Shown here: positions 29,667-39,195 of the stretch, piece by piece
Position numbering within the stretch: the first letter of the stretch is position 1
Layout: every line of letters starts with the position of its first letter
DNA from: an uncultured Candidatus Saccharibacteria bacterium
GTDB taxonomy: Bacteria; Patescibacteriota; Minisyncoccia; JBAYJV01
DNA: 64,000 nt
Direction: 5' to 3'
Assembly (NCBI GenBank): GCA_964577395.1
Contig: CAZNYQ010000013.1
Coordinates: 6,409-70,408, forward strand
Translations under genes and position numbers: made by a program
The notes under the pieces: generated by a model
What the model saw: only the letters and a program-made list of their open reading frames with translations
Told to the model about the DNA's origin: nothing
The model's database searches: none

Positions 29667-30206
29667 ATGATTGAACTCCCATTTACAAAGCGTTTACAGC
29701 ACCATGATCAAAGGGTGGCTGTTTTTATTGATGTTCAAAACATGTATCATTCAGCTAAACACCTCTTTAAAGCTCGGGTTAATTTTAAAGAAGTTTTAAA
29801 GGAAAGTGTTTCGGGAAGGCGTCTAGTCAGAGCAATTGGTTATGTGGTAAGAAGTGAAGGTGAGGAAGAAAAATCTTTTTTTGAAGCTCTTGTAAAACTT
29901 GGAATTGAATTAAAGTCTAAAGAACTCCAAGTTTTTTATGGAGGATTAAAAAAGGCTGACTGGGATGTTGGGATAGCCCTAGATGCAGCGAATTTAGCTG
30001 ACAGTGTTGATGTCATAGTTCTAGTTTCGGGAGACGGTGATTTTATTCCTTTGATTGAATATTTAGACAATCGCGGCAAGATTGTTGAAGTCGTAGCTTT
30101 TGCAAAAAGTGCTTCTAGTAAATTACAACAGAAAGCTCATAGTTTTGTAGATTTGGGAGCTGATTCTAGACGTTTTATCTTAAAAAGTAGATCTAATAGA
30201 CATTAA
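29667..30206 (+). CDS. NYN-domain (LabA-like) predicted ribonuclease
   Basis: VAVFIDVQNMYHSAK ... DVIVLVSGDGDFIPLIEYL matches the NYN/LabA acidic-residue pattern. It sits between rpsO and pnp. Confidence 0.65.
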   Translation: MIELPFTKRLQHHDQRVAVFIDVQNMYHSAKHLFKARVNFKEVLKESVSGRRLVRAIGYVVRSEGEEEKSFFEALVKLGIELKSKELQVFYGGLKKADWDVGIALDAANLADSVDVIVLVSGDGDFIPLIEYLDNRGKIVEVVAFAKSASSKLQQKAHSFVDLGADSRRFILKSRSNRH

Positions 30207-30313
30207 AAGTATACATTAATTTATTTGTTATTTTTAAGAAGGTTGGTCTGTAAATAAATAGATTAGTCCTTACTAGTCTAAAATTTGCAGGCGATCCTTC
30301 AAAATTTATTTAT

Positions 30314-32512
30314 ATGGAAACAAAAAAATTCGAGAGCAAGTTAGGAGATAAAAAAATTATTATTGAACAAGGACTTGTTCCTCAGGCTGACGCAGCCTTA
30401 AAAATTACTTATGGAGAAACAGTGGTCTTAGTTACTGCTGTTATGGATAATAATGTTAGAGAAGGAGCTGACTTTCTTCCTTTGAGTGTAGAGTACAGAG
30501 AAAAATATTATGCAGCAGGTAGAATAAAAGGTTCCCGTTTTATTAAAAGAGAAGGACGTCCTAGTGATGAAGCTACTTTAACAGGTAGAGTTATTGATAG
30601 AATTATTCGCCCACGCTTTAATCAAAAGTTGCGTAATGAAATTCAAGTAGTTGCAACCGTTTTGTCTTTTGACGGAATTAATGATCCCGATGTTCCTGCT
30701 GTTATTGGCGCTTCTTTAGCCTTAAGCACCTCAAGAATTCCCTGGAATGGTCCTATGGCTGCTGTTAGGATAGCCAAAGATTTTCAGGGCAATTTTTTAA
30801 TTAACCCTGCTTATGAGCAAAAAGAAGCAAGTACATTAGATATTATTCTTGCTAGTGATGGAGAGCTAGTGAATATGATAGAGCTTGGTTCTCCGGGTGC
30901 TGAACATAAAGAGATTATGGAAGCTATTCATATTGGAAGGCAGGTTATTCAAGATAATATTAAATTTCAAAAGGATATCATTGAAAAGTTGAAAACTAAA
31001 AAAACTGAGGTCGATATTTTCAAACTTGAGGATACGATAACTAAAAAAGCCCATGAATATCTAGACAAAGAATTATCTAGCGTTTTAATAGATCATCAAG
31101 ATAAGATTAGATTTAAAGAAGACTTGAACAAAGTCCATGAAGGATACTTCGATATTTTTTCTCACGCATTAGAAAAAACTAACGAACCCTTTAGATTAAA
31201 GGATGCTTTAGAAATTTTCTTTGAAGACAAGGTTGATTATTTAGTACATGAAAATATTCTTAACAAAGGTAAGAGGCCCGACAATAGGAAGATGGATGAA
31301 GTTCGAAAGTTAGATTGTCAGGTAGGTCTTTTGCCACGACCTCATGGTTCAGGATTATTTGCCAGAGGTCTAACACATGTTCTATCCGTTGTAACTTTAG
31401 CAGGACCTGGTGAAGAACAATTGCTTGATGAAATGGAAAAAACGGGCAATAAAAGATTTATGCATCACTATAATTTTCCTCCTTACAGCGTAGGAGAGAC
31501 AGGATATTTTCGTGGTCCGGGAAGAAGGGAGATAGGCCATGGAGCGTTGGCAGAAAAAGCTTTGAGTCCTATGATCCCAGATAGTGAAAAATTTCCTTAT
31601 ACTATTAGGATTGTAAGTGAAGTTCTATCTTCTAATGGTTCTTCTTCAATGGCATCGGTTTGCGGTTCTACGCTAGCTTTACTTGATGCAGGTGTACCTA
31701 TCAAAAATTTGGTTTCAGGTATTGCAATGGGGCTAGTAAGTAACGAAAAGAAATACAAAATTCTTACAGACATTCAAGGGCCAGAAGATCATTATGGAGA
31801 TATGGATTTAAAGGTTGCAGGAACCGAGCAAAAAGTGACAGCCATGCAAATGGATGTTAAAATAGAGGGGGTAACCGAAGAAATCTTAGAAAAAGCTCTT
31901 GAACAAGCTCAAAAAGCTAGAAAAGAAATTCTAGTTGCTATGAAAAGGATTATTAGCGAGCCCCGCAAGAATCTTTCTCCCTATGCGCCAATTATAGAAA
32001 GCTTAATAGTGAAAAAAGATCAAATAGGAGGTATTATAGGTGGAGGAGGAAAGACTATTAATGGTATAATAGAAAAAACAAACACTTTAATTGATATTAA
32101 AGATGATGGTCATGTATATATTAGCGGAGAGAAAAAGGAAGATGTCCAAAGGGCCCTAAGAATTATTAATGATTTAGTGAAGGAATTTAAAGCAGAGGAA
32201 ATTGTAACAGGAGAAGTAAGTCGTATTTTAGATTTCGGAGCTTTTGTTAAGCTAACTGAGAATCATGAAGGATTAATTCATATATCTAAATTAGCTCCTC
32301 AGCATGTTAATAAAGTAACTGACATAGTTAAGGAGGGCGATAAAGTAAAAGTAAAAGTTATCAACATTGATGATTTAGGTAGAATTAATTTAAAATTATT
32401 AGAGAATCATATTCAGCCCATAAAACAAGAAAAAACTTCTCGTCAGAATGATAAAAATCATTTCGCAAGAAAAAGTTATTATTACAAGGATAAATCTAAA
32501 AAGAAATTTTAA
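30314..32512 (+). CDS. pnp: polyribonucleotide nucleotidyltransferase (PNPase)
   Basis: Two RNase PH domains, a KH domain (GGIIGGGGKTINGI) and an S1 domain (GEVSRILDFGAFVKL). 732 aa. Confidence 0.9.
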   Translation: METKKFESKLGDKKIIIEQGLVPQADAALKITYGETVVLVTAVMDNNVREGADFLPLSVEYREKYYAAGRIKGSRFIKREGRPSDEATLTGRVIDRIIRPRFNQKLRNEIQVVATVLSFDGINDPDVPAVIGASLALSTSRIPWNGPMAAVRIAKDFQGNFLINPAYEQKEASTLDIILASDGELVNMIELGSPGAEHKEIMEAIHIGRQVIQDNIKFQKDIIEKLKTKKTEVDIFKLEDTITKKAHEYLDKELSSVLIDHQDKIRFKEDLNKVHEGYFDIFSHALEKTNEPFRLKDALEIFFEDKVDYLVHENILNKGKRPDNRKMDEVRKLDCQVGLLPRPHGSGLFARGLTHVLSVVTLAGPGEEQLLDEMEKTGNKRFMHHYNFPPYSVGETGYFRGPGRREIGHGALAEKALSPMIPDSEKFPYTIRIVSEVLSSNGSSSMASVCGSTLALLDAGVPIKNLVSGIAMGLVSNEKKYKILTDIQGPEDHYGDMDLKVAGTEQKVTAMQMDVKIEGVTEEILEKALEQAQKARKEILVAMKRIISEPRKNLSPYAPIIESLIVKKDQIGGIIGGGGKTINGIIEKTNTLIDIKDDGHVYISGEKKEDVQRALRIINDLVKEFKAEEIVTGEVSRILDFGAFVKLTENHEGLIHISKLAPQHVNKVTDIVKEGDKVKVKVINIDDLGRINLKLLENHIQPIKQEKTSRQNDKNHFARKSYYYKDKSKKKF

Positions 32513-32534
32513 AAGTATTTAATTTATATTTAAC

Positions 32535-34694
32535 ATGGAGGGAAAATCCTCAGCAGATAATAATAAAAAATTACCTAGCTTGTCCCCACAAGACGTTAAG
32601 CAAGCTGCTAATGATGTTCAAAAATCTTTGGAAGAAGGAATGATTATGACATCTTCCGATAGCTCAGCTACACGTCAGGGTATTCCTAATAATCCTGCGA
32701 ACTCTGATTCAAAAGGTCGCATAGAAAGTTTTACTAAGAATCAAAAAGACGAGAAAAAAATAACACAAAGTAATAAAAAAGATCTAGTACAAGAAGATCA
32801 AAGAATAAAAGAAAATGAAGTTCTAAAAGACAAGCAGAATAAAAAATTACAACAGGAAAGTTTAATATCTAGAGAAAAAGCAACTGATGATATTGTAAAG
32901 AAAAACATAGATGGTGATTACCATATTAGGACAATGCAGCATGATATTGATGAGTCAAAAGGCAAAGAGGTGTCAGTGGTTAATATTAGTAGGCAGAGCA
33001 TTGAAGAGCACGGTCAAATAAAGGATAGCTTAAACCAAGCTGATTTTGAACAACAAGGAACAGCAGGTAACGAAATGGACAGAAAGGAAAACTTATCTCA
33101 AGAGGGAAAGATTGGTGATGTGGGGAGGAAGAAAACCCACAAAAAGCAAAATTCTTTCCTTGATAACATAAAAAATATTATTAATAAGAGCCATCGAAGC
33201 TCACGAAAAATGACAAGAAGAAAGTTTAATTTTATTATAGCTTTCTTCATTTTTATTTTTATAGTTGGTATAGGGTATTATTTATACTCAAGTGGATCCC
33301 TATCCTCCCTTTCTGGCATAGGGAAATCTTTTAAAAGTTTAATTGGCTGGAGAGATGAAGATCAACAGGGTACGATAGAAGTCGCAACTAGCTCTGTGGA
33401 TACCACAGACGCTACTACTACATCTGATTATTCTGATTTACCAGTGACTCCGACTAGTACCGCTAGTACGAGCACAACAGTTTCGATAGATGAAAGTAAG
33501 GTTGTTTTAACACCAGCTTTCTTTAAACCTGACCAAACTAAAATTTTAGCTTTAAATAACTTAAATAATCTTTTTGAGGTACTCCAAGAAGAATCTTTAG
33601 TTGATATTGAAGATAATACTTTCAAGAGAATAGGAGTTATAGCACAAGATAATTTAGGAAGTTTCAGCCTTGCGAAAGCATGGGAGATACTTAAATCTCT
33701 AGCTCAAGGAGAAAACAATCATTATACAGAACTTATTAGTGGCGAGATAATTGATAATTGGGGGCTAGCTATGCCTGGTAATGTATATCGACAAATTTCA
33801 GAAAAATATAATCTTTTCTTATTTGGACAACCAATTCATAGTGGCAGTAGAGCCGTATTAATTTTTAAAATTAAAGATACGATAGAGTTGCAAGAGAGAA
33901 TATCATTATGGGAAATTACTATGTTATCTGATCTAAAAAAGTTGTTTTTAGGAAATGAATATGGAGAAGCTGCAACAGAATTATTTCAAGATAATATTTA
34001 TAAAGATGTTCATATACGTTATCTTAATTTGCCTCAATCTAATATCGCTCTTGATTACGCAATAATTCCTGATTTTAATTATTTTATCTTATCAACTTCA
34101 CGTGAGTCTACTTGGAGAACAATTGATAAAATTATCGAGGCTGAGGGACCCGTTGAAAAGCAAAACCAAAAAGCTCAAGAAAAAGGAGAATTATATTTAA
34201 ATGAAGATATTGGATTTCAATTATATTATCCAGAGGAAAAAATCATTACAGAAGAAAGGAATCAAGAAGAAGGAGTCTTGTTCTCATTATTAGATAGTCA
34301 ATGTGATGTAACAAATGATCCAGAATGCCCTATATTTATGTGGATTACATCAATCTATTCAGCGCAGGAACATAATAATCTAACAGAAATTACTTTAAAA
34401 GAGCTTATTAAAGAAGAATTTGGGTTAGAGGAATTTCGAGAGTTTAATGTGGACTTTGAGCAAAGTGCTCAAACAAATTACGTTGATGTAATTGAAGATT
34501 TTATTATAAATGATGATATAACAGGTTATTTTTTACATAATTGGGTTCAATCAATAGGAGAATGTCATTATTTTGCTAAAAGTGGGAGCAGAACTTTAGA
34601 TATTATACGCTCAGGGCCAGATTTAGATAAAAGTAATTGTAAGAATGATGAATTATTTAATCAAATTCTAGAAACAGTAAAATTCAACGATTAA
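32535..34694 (+). CDS. hypothetical bitopic membrane protein (disordered cytoplasmic N-terminus, single TM, ~460-aa extracytoplasmic domain)
   Basis: N-terminal 230 aa are K/E/D/Q-rich and low-complexity. One TM helix (FIIAFFIFIFIVGIGYYLY), then a Thr/Ser-rich linker and a large domain with no recognisable motif. Confidence 0.5.
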   Translation: MEGKSSADNNKKLPSLSPQDVKQAANDVQKSLEEGMIMTSSDSSATRQGIPNNPANSDSKGRIESFTKNQKDEKKITQSNKKDLVQEDQRIKENEVLKDKQNKKLQQESLISREKATDDIVKKNIDGDYHIRTMQHDIDESKGKEVSVVNISRQSIEEHGQIKDSLNQADFEQQGTAGNEMDRKENLSQEGKIGDVGRKKTHKKQNSFLDNIKNIINKSHRSSRKMTRRKFNFIIAFFIFIFIVGIGYYLYSSGSLSSLSGIGKSFKSLIGWRDEDQQGTIEVATSSVDTTDATTTSDYSDLPVTPTSTASTSTTVSIDESKVVLTPAFFKPDQTKILALNNLNNLFEVLQEESLVDIEDNTFKRIGVIAQDNLGSFSLAKAWEILKSLAQGENNHYTELISGEIIDNWGLAMPGNVYRQISEKYNLFLFGQPIHSGSRAVLIFKIKDTIELQERISLWEITMLSDLKKLFLGNEYGEAATELFQDNIYKDVHIRYLNLPQSNIALDYAIIPDFNYFILSTSRESTWRTIDKIIEAEGPVEKQNQKAQEKGELYLNEDIGFQLYYPEEKIITEERNQEEGVLFSLLDSQCDVTNDPECPIFMWITSIYSAQEHNNLTEITLKELIKEEFGLEEFREFNVDFEQSAQTNYVDVIEDFIINDDITGYFLHNWVQSIGECHYFAKSGSRTLDIIRSGPDLDKSNCKNDELFNQILETVKFND

Positions 34695-34736
34695 TTTATA
34701 GTTAATTTTTAACTATAAAATTTTTTTCTTAAAAAC

Positions 34737-34745
34737 TTATCCACA
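34737..34745 (+). promoter_or_regulatory. perfect DnaA box (TTATCCACA)
   Basis: Exact consensus 9-mer in the intergenic region just after a hairpin at 34695-34720. Confidence 0.35.
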
Positions 34746-34887
34746 GTTTTTATAAAAAAATCCAATAGAGTTTAGTAATTTTTAAGCTCTTTTTTTAATA
34801 TAAATTACTACAAACCTTTATTATAAAGTATTTCTACGAAAAATATATATAATTATATATTTTATTCAAAATTTATTTGTCTGAATC

Positions 34888-35135
34888 TTGCAAGCTAAAA
34901 AATAGCATGATATAATAATATTGCTGGTGAAAATTTAACTGTTATAAGTACCTTTATACAATATAAACCGGTAAAAATTAAACTGAGATTAAGGTTAGTA
35001 AGTTCTTTAGGCCTTAAATTAAACTTTCCCTGCTCTTGGTTTAATTAAGAATAAGCAGTGCTCTTTTCGAGGGTACTGCCTAAGAGGGCGACCCCAAAAA
35101 GTCTTAACAACATTGGGGCATCCGCCCTCTTTTTT
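34888..35135 (+). ncRNA. candidate small non-coding RNA (~210 nt) with its own promoter and a strong GC-rich terminator; class not identified
   Basis: TTGCAA (34888-34893), 17-nt spacer, TATAAT (34911-34916). No ORF follows. A ~100-nt GC-enriched stretch ends in a long hairpin GAGGGCGACCCCAA...TTGGGGCATCCGCCCTC plus TTTTTT (35084-35135), ~95 nt before the next gene. Confidence 0.3.
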
Positions 35136-35229
35136 ATATTGAATAATAACTTGTTTTTTATAAAAAAAAAGATTAAAATTAAAGTAAGATTAAATATTTT
35201 CAATTTTTTAATTAAAAAATATATTTATT

Positions 35230-35733
35230 ATGCCTAAAAGAATAATTAAGAAAATAGAAGCAATAACTGCCAAAAAGGGCAAAAAGGATAAGAATAAAAA
35301 CAGTAAGAGAAAAAAAAATGGGAAAAAGAAGGGAATAAAGATTCAAGCAAGACTTGGCAATATTAAAAAACAAGCTTATTTAATAAAGCAAGAGCGTCTG
35401 CTTAAAAAAAGAAAGAAGAATGCAGAGAAACAATTAAGTAATTTTGCTCGAGAGAGAAAATCAGTAAAAGGCGATTATAAATCACGTTTTCCTATATTTG
35501 GGCGAGGAAAAGATGAAGATGCTCAAGAGGTTACCCACTATGAATCTCGCTTGATTAGAGAACATCAACTGGAGATGGAGATAGAAAAAATTCAGAAAGC
35601 TTTAGATAGAATAAAAAATAACAAATATGGTATTTGTGAGAGTTGTGGTAGGGAAATTAGCAGAAAAAGATTAAAAATTTATCCTGAAGCAACTTATTGC
35701 ATGAAGTGCAAAAATAAACTAGGAAAACAATAA
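35230..35733 (+). CDS. DksA/TraR-family C4-type zinc-finger protein with Lys-rich N-terminal extension
   Basis: C-terminal CESCGREISRKRLKIYPEATYCMKC, a four-Cys DksA/TraR finger. The N-terminal 60 aa are K/R-rich. Confidence 0.6.
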   Translation: MPKRIIKKIEAITAKKGKKDKNKNSKRKKNGKKKGIKIQARLGNIKKQAYLIKQERLLKKRKKNAEKQLSNFARERKSVKGDYKSRFPIFGRGKDEDAQEVTHYESRLIREHQLEMEIEKIQKALDRIKNNKYGICESCGREISRKRLKIYPEATYCMKCKNKLGKQ

Positions 35734-35804
35734 ACATGGAACAATGCAGTATAAATTATAAACCTTAGCAGCTAAAAGCAGCTAAGGTTTTTGATTAAAC
35801 TAAT

Positions 35805-36809
35805 ATGATTATCCAAGATCCTCTTGATAAAGCTATCGTTACTACATTAAATTATGCTGATTTTAAATTATGGCCATTGACTGCCTGGGAAGTTTTTTGT
35901 TATTTAATAAATCCGGCACGTACTAGTAAAGTAAAGCTTACTTGTATTAATTTTTATCAGGTTAAAAAGAGATTAAAAAAATTAGATGAAAAGGGAATTG
36001 TATCTGCCTTTCAAGGCTTTTATGCTCTTCATAATACTTCATCAGTTATTTTATTAAAAAAAAGAGTAACAAGACGTAAACAAAAAGACAAGTTAACTGA
36101 CATGAAAATAAAAAAAGCTAAAAAAAGGACTTATTGGCTGAGATTTTTTCCGTTTATTAGGGGAATTTTTCTAAGCGGTTCTTTGGTTTTTGGATGGGCT
36201 AATCAAAAAAGCGATATTGATCTTCTTATTATTGTTAAAAGAAAACGTCTTTGGACGACTCGTTTTTTATTGAGCATCATCTTAATCTTCTTGGGATTAA
36301 AGCGTTCTCAATATAAGGTTAAAGATCGTTTATGTCTTAATCATTTTATTACCGATGATCATTGCAAGATTCCTCTTTATAGTATTTATAATGGTAATAC
36401 ATATGCTAGAATTGTACCTTTAATTATATATCGTAAAACTTTAGAAATTTTTCTACGAAGCAATCAATGGATCAAAAAATACCTTTTCTTTGGATTTAGC
36501 CATTATTATAGAGACTTGAGAAGTAAGAATTTTTTTTATTATCATATTATTTTACAAAGATTTTTCGAAGCGATTTTTGAATTATTAGGTGGATTTATGG
36601 TAGAAAAATTGCTTAAGATTTTACAAATAAGGAGAATAAAAAAAGATCCCCTAACATATAAGAGGGGAGGGAGGGTTGTGGCTAACAATATGCAAATTGA
36701 ATTCCATCCTGACTCACCAGAACTAAAAACGATTCATTTTTATAATAAGAATTTAGCTAGGCTAAATTTGTTTTCCTTTAAAAGAGAACAAAACTCGGGG
36801 CTCTCTTGA
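35805..36809 (+). CDS. hypothetical protein with Pol-beta-type nucleotidyltransferase motif
   Basis: GSLVFGWANQKSDIDLLII matches the GS-x(9-13)-DxD nucleotidyltransferase signature. Confidence 0.45.
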   Translation: MIIQDPLDKAIVTTLNYADFKLWPLTAWEVFCYLINPARTSKVKLTCINFYQVKKRLKKLDEKGIVSAFQGFYALHNTSSVILLKKRVTRRKQKDKLTDMKIKKAKKRTYWLRFFPFIRGIFLSGSLVFGWANQKSDIDLLIIVKRKRLWTTRFLLSIILIFLGLKRSQYKVKDRLCLNHFITDDHCKIPLYSIYNGNTYARIVPLIIYRKTLEIFLRSNQWIKKYLFFGFSHYYRDLRSKNFFYYHIILQRFFEAIFELLGGFMVEKLLKILQIRRIKKDPLTYKRGGRVVANNMQIEFHPDSPELKTIHFYNKNLARLNLFSFKREQNSGLS

Positions 36810-37946
36810 GGTATTCTTGCGATAAATTTTTTCAACAGCACGAACAATTTTTATCCACGAATATTCATTAGTAACTTTTTGTTTTAGTAAAGTTACTTTT
36901 TTTTGCAGCTTTTTGTGAGGTAGATTTAGGATAGAACTAAGTTGGTGAGATAAGTCATTTAAACTTTTATTTTTAAATGTAAAGGTATTTTTACCAACAA
37001 TTTCAAGATTAGCAGGAATATTACTAACTAAAGTTGGGACTTCATAATTGAGTGCTTCTAGTAAAGCAAAAGATAAACCTTCCGAACTCGAAGGTTGAAC
37101 AAATAGATAGGCATTTCTGAAAAGAAGCTCTAAAGCTCTACCGTTTTGTTGACCGGTGAATATAATATTTTTATCATTTTTAGCAAGTTTTTTTAATTCT
37201 TTTTTATAATTATCGGTAAAAGCACTATCTCCAACAATGACTAATTTCCTTTGTTTTCTAATTGATTGACTTAAGCTTTGGTGAGCTTGGATAAGCAGAT
37301 GAATATTTTTATGTCTTACAAGGCGAGATACTGTAATAATGTATTGTTTGGGTTTTAGATTCCACCAACTAAGACTTTGTTTCTGAGCTTTTGATATATC
37401 AGTGTTTTTGTAAATTTCCACTCCATTTGGAATATAGTTAGCCGAATGATTATAAGTTTCTTTTACATATTTTTTTAATTGTTTTGAAACCACGATTAAA
37501 TCATGAGAAAAGAGAACAGAAAACTTTTCACCAAGTTTTAGAAATTTACGTGCTAACCAGGACCACTTTTGATGATAATAATCCTGACAATGGAATGTAG
37601 AGATAACTTTTATGCTTGGCTTTAAAAGACGAGGAAGCCAAGAAAAAAGAGCGGGACCAATACCATGATAATGAATGATGTCTAAATCCTTAATCAGAAG
37701 ACTGGCATGTAAAGTAGCCACAAAAGTGTGAAAAGCTGTCTCTAAATTTTTACTGTGGATTGTTGGTAAACTGATTAGCTTAACGCCTTTATATTCTTTT
37801 AAATTTTTATTAGTGTAATTAGCTCTTGTATACACAAAGACTTGGTGTTTTTGATTTACTAGGTTTAGAGCCAATGCTTCAACATGACGTTCAATACCGC
37901 CAGTCTTTGTTGGAATTCCTTTTTGTCCGATCATTGCTATTTTCAT
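36762..37946 (-). CDS. glycosyltransferase family 4 (GT-B fold)
   Basis: C-terminal EGLSFALLEALNYEVPTLVSN is the E-x7-E GT4 motif. 394 aa. Confidence 0.8.
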   Translation of the reverse strand: MKIAMIGQKGIPTKTGGIERHVEALALNLVNQKHQVFVYTRANYTNKNLKEYKGVKLISLPTIHSKNLETAFHTFVATLHASLLIKDLDIIHYHGIGPALFSWLPRLLKPSIKVISTFHCQDYYHQKWSWLARKFLKLGEKFSVLFSHDLIVVSKQLKKYVKETYNHSANYIPNGVEIYKNTDISKAQKQSLSWWNLKPKQYIITVSRLVRHKNIHLLIQAHQSLSQSIRKQRKLVIVGDSAFTDNYKKELKKLAKNDKNIIFTGQQNGRALELLFRNAYLFVQPSSSEGLSFALLEALNYEVPTLVSNIPANLEIVGKNTFTFKNKSLNDLSHQLSSILNLPHKKLQKKVTLLKQKVTNEYSWIKIVRAVEKIYRKNTSREPRVLFSFKGKQI

Positions 37947-39187
37947 ATTTTTTGATTGTTTTTAATAGCTTGATTATATATTTTCATTAATCCTTGATAA
38001 TGTTTTTCGGGAGAAAAATCTCTCTCTATCATTAAACGGGCTTCTAGCCCCATATTTCTTAAAAGACAAGGATTGTTATGCAATTGGTTGATTTTCTGTA
38101 TTAATTCTTGACTATTGCCTGATTGAAAGAGCAAACCTGTTTTTCCTGATTTAACCAATTCGGGCAAACCGCCTATCCTTGATGCAATAACTGGTTTTCC
38201 CAAGGCGTAACTTTCTAAGACGGCAAAAGGCGCGTTTTCAAACCATACAGATGGGACAATTACTAAGGCAGCTTTTTTAATAGTTGTTTTCAATTTATCA
38301 CCATATTGCGGCTTAAGCAAATAAACATTATTTAATTGTTGCTTTTGAATTATTGCCGCAAGTTTTTCTCTTTCTTCTCCTGACCCTACTATTTTGAAAT
38401 TGATGTTAGGCAAGGCTTTCGCAGCTTCTAGTAAAATTTTAACATCTTTTTGAGGATGAAGTCTACCAAAGTAGAGAACATATTTACCTGGCTTAATTTG
38501 AGGATCAAATTCTTTTAGATTGATAAAAGGTTTAAGATAAATTATCTTTTCTGGGTTAAAGCCGTTTTCTATATATTTATTTCTTAAAAATTGGGAGGGA
38601 GATATAAAATAGTCAACATTTTTAATATAAATTTTGCTCCATTTTTCAAAATACATCTTACAAACCATTAAAAAGCTAGCCGCAGTTGAATTTTTAATAC
38701 ATTTATGTTTTATGGCTTTCCAATATTTTCCACGAGAACAATCTTCGTGAGATTTTCCCTGAAAAAACATACTATAATTGGGAGATATAAGATGATAGTC
38801 GTGTAAAGTTTGTACGATAGGGACGCCGTGTTTTTTAATAGTTGGCAGGATAGAGGGGGTTAGGTGATGATATATATTATGAATGTGTGCTATATCTGGC
38901 TTTTCGTCTTGGAGCAATTGATTAATTTTTCTTTTTGCTTCCCTAGAATAAATGAATTTTAAAGCTTTTTTCAAAGACTTAAGAGAAAAAGAAATTTTTT
39001 CAAAATCTTGTTTTTTAATAAAATATGAGCTATAAACAGAAGAGAGGGCGTCTTCGTCTTGCATTGAAAAAATTTGAATTTGATGCTGATTCTTTTGAAG
39101 AAGATTTATAAGAGATAACAAATATCTACCTGTTCCACCAGACTTACCTTTATTATGATAAAATTTATTAATCTGAAGAATTTTCAT
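37943..39187 (-). CDS. glycosyltransferase family 4 (GT-B fold)
   Basis: ENAPFAVLESYALGKPVIASRIGGLPELV. Its stop overlaps the downstream GT4 start by 4 nt, indicating translational coupling. Confidence 0.8.
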   Translation of the reverse strand: MKILQINKFYHNKGKSGGTGRYLLSLINLLQKNQHQIQIFSMQDEDALSSVYSSYFIKKQDFEKISFSLKSLKKALKFIYSREAKRKINQLLQDEKPDIAHIHNIYHHLTPSILPTIKKHGVPIVQTLHDYHLISPNYSMFFQGKSHEDCSRGKYWKAIKHKCIKNSTAASFLMVCKMYFEKWSKIYIKNVDYFISPSQFLRNKYIENGFNPEKIIYLKPFINLKEFDPQIKPGKYVLYFGRLHPQKDVKILLEAAKALPNINFKIVGSGEEREKLAAIIQKQQLNNVYLLKPQYGDKLKTTIKKAALVIVPSVWFENAPFAVLESYALGKPVIASRIGGLPELVKSGKTGLLFQSGNSQELIQKINQLHNNPCLLRNMGLEARLMIERDFSPEKHYQGLMKIYNQAIKNNQKI

Positions 39188-39195
39188 ACAATTTT

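Noticed and set aside
34923-35135. Assignment of the candidate sRNA to SRP RNA, tmRNA, RNase P RNA or 6S RNA
   Set aside because: Only weak similarity was seen. A GGTGAAA string and an AAGCAG string fall short of the conserved SRP domain IV, the tmRNA tRNA-like ends (no TTCGA T-loop) or the RNase P CR-I/CR-V motifs. Its class is left open.
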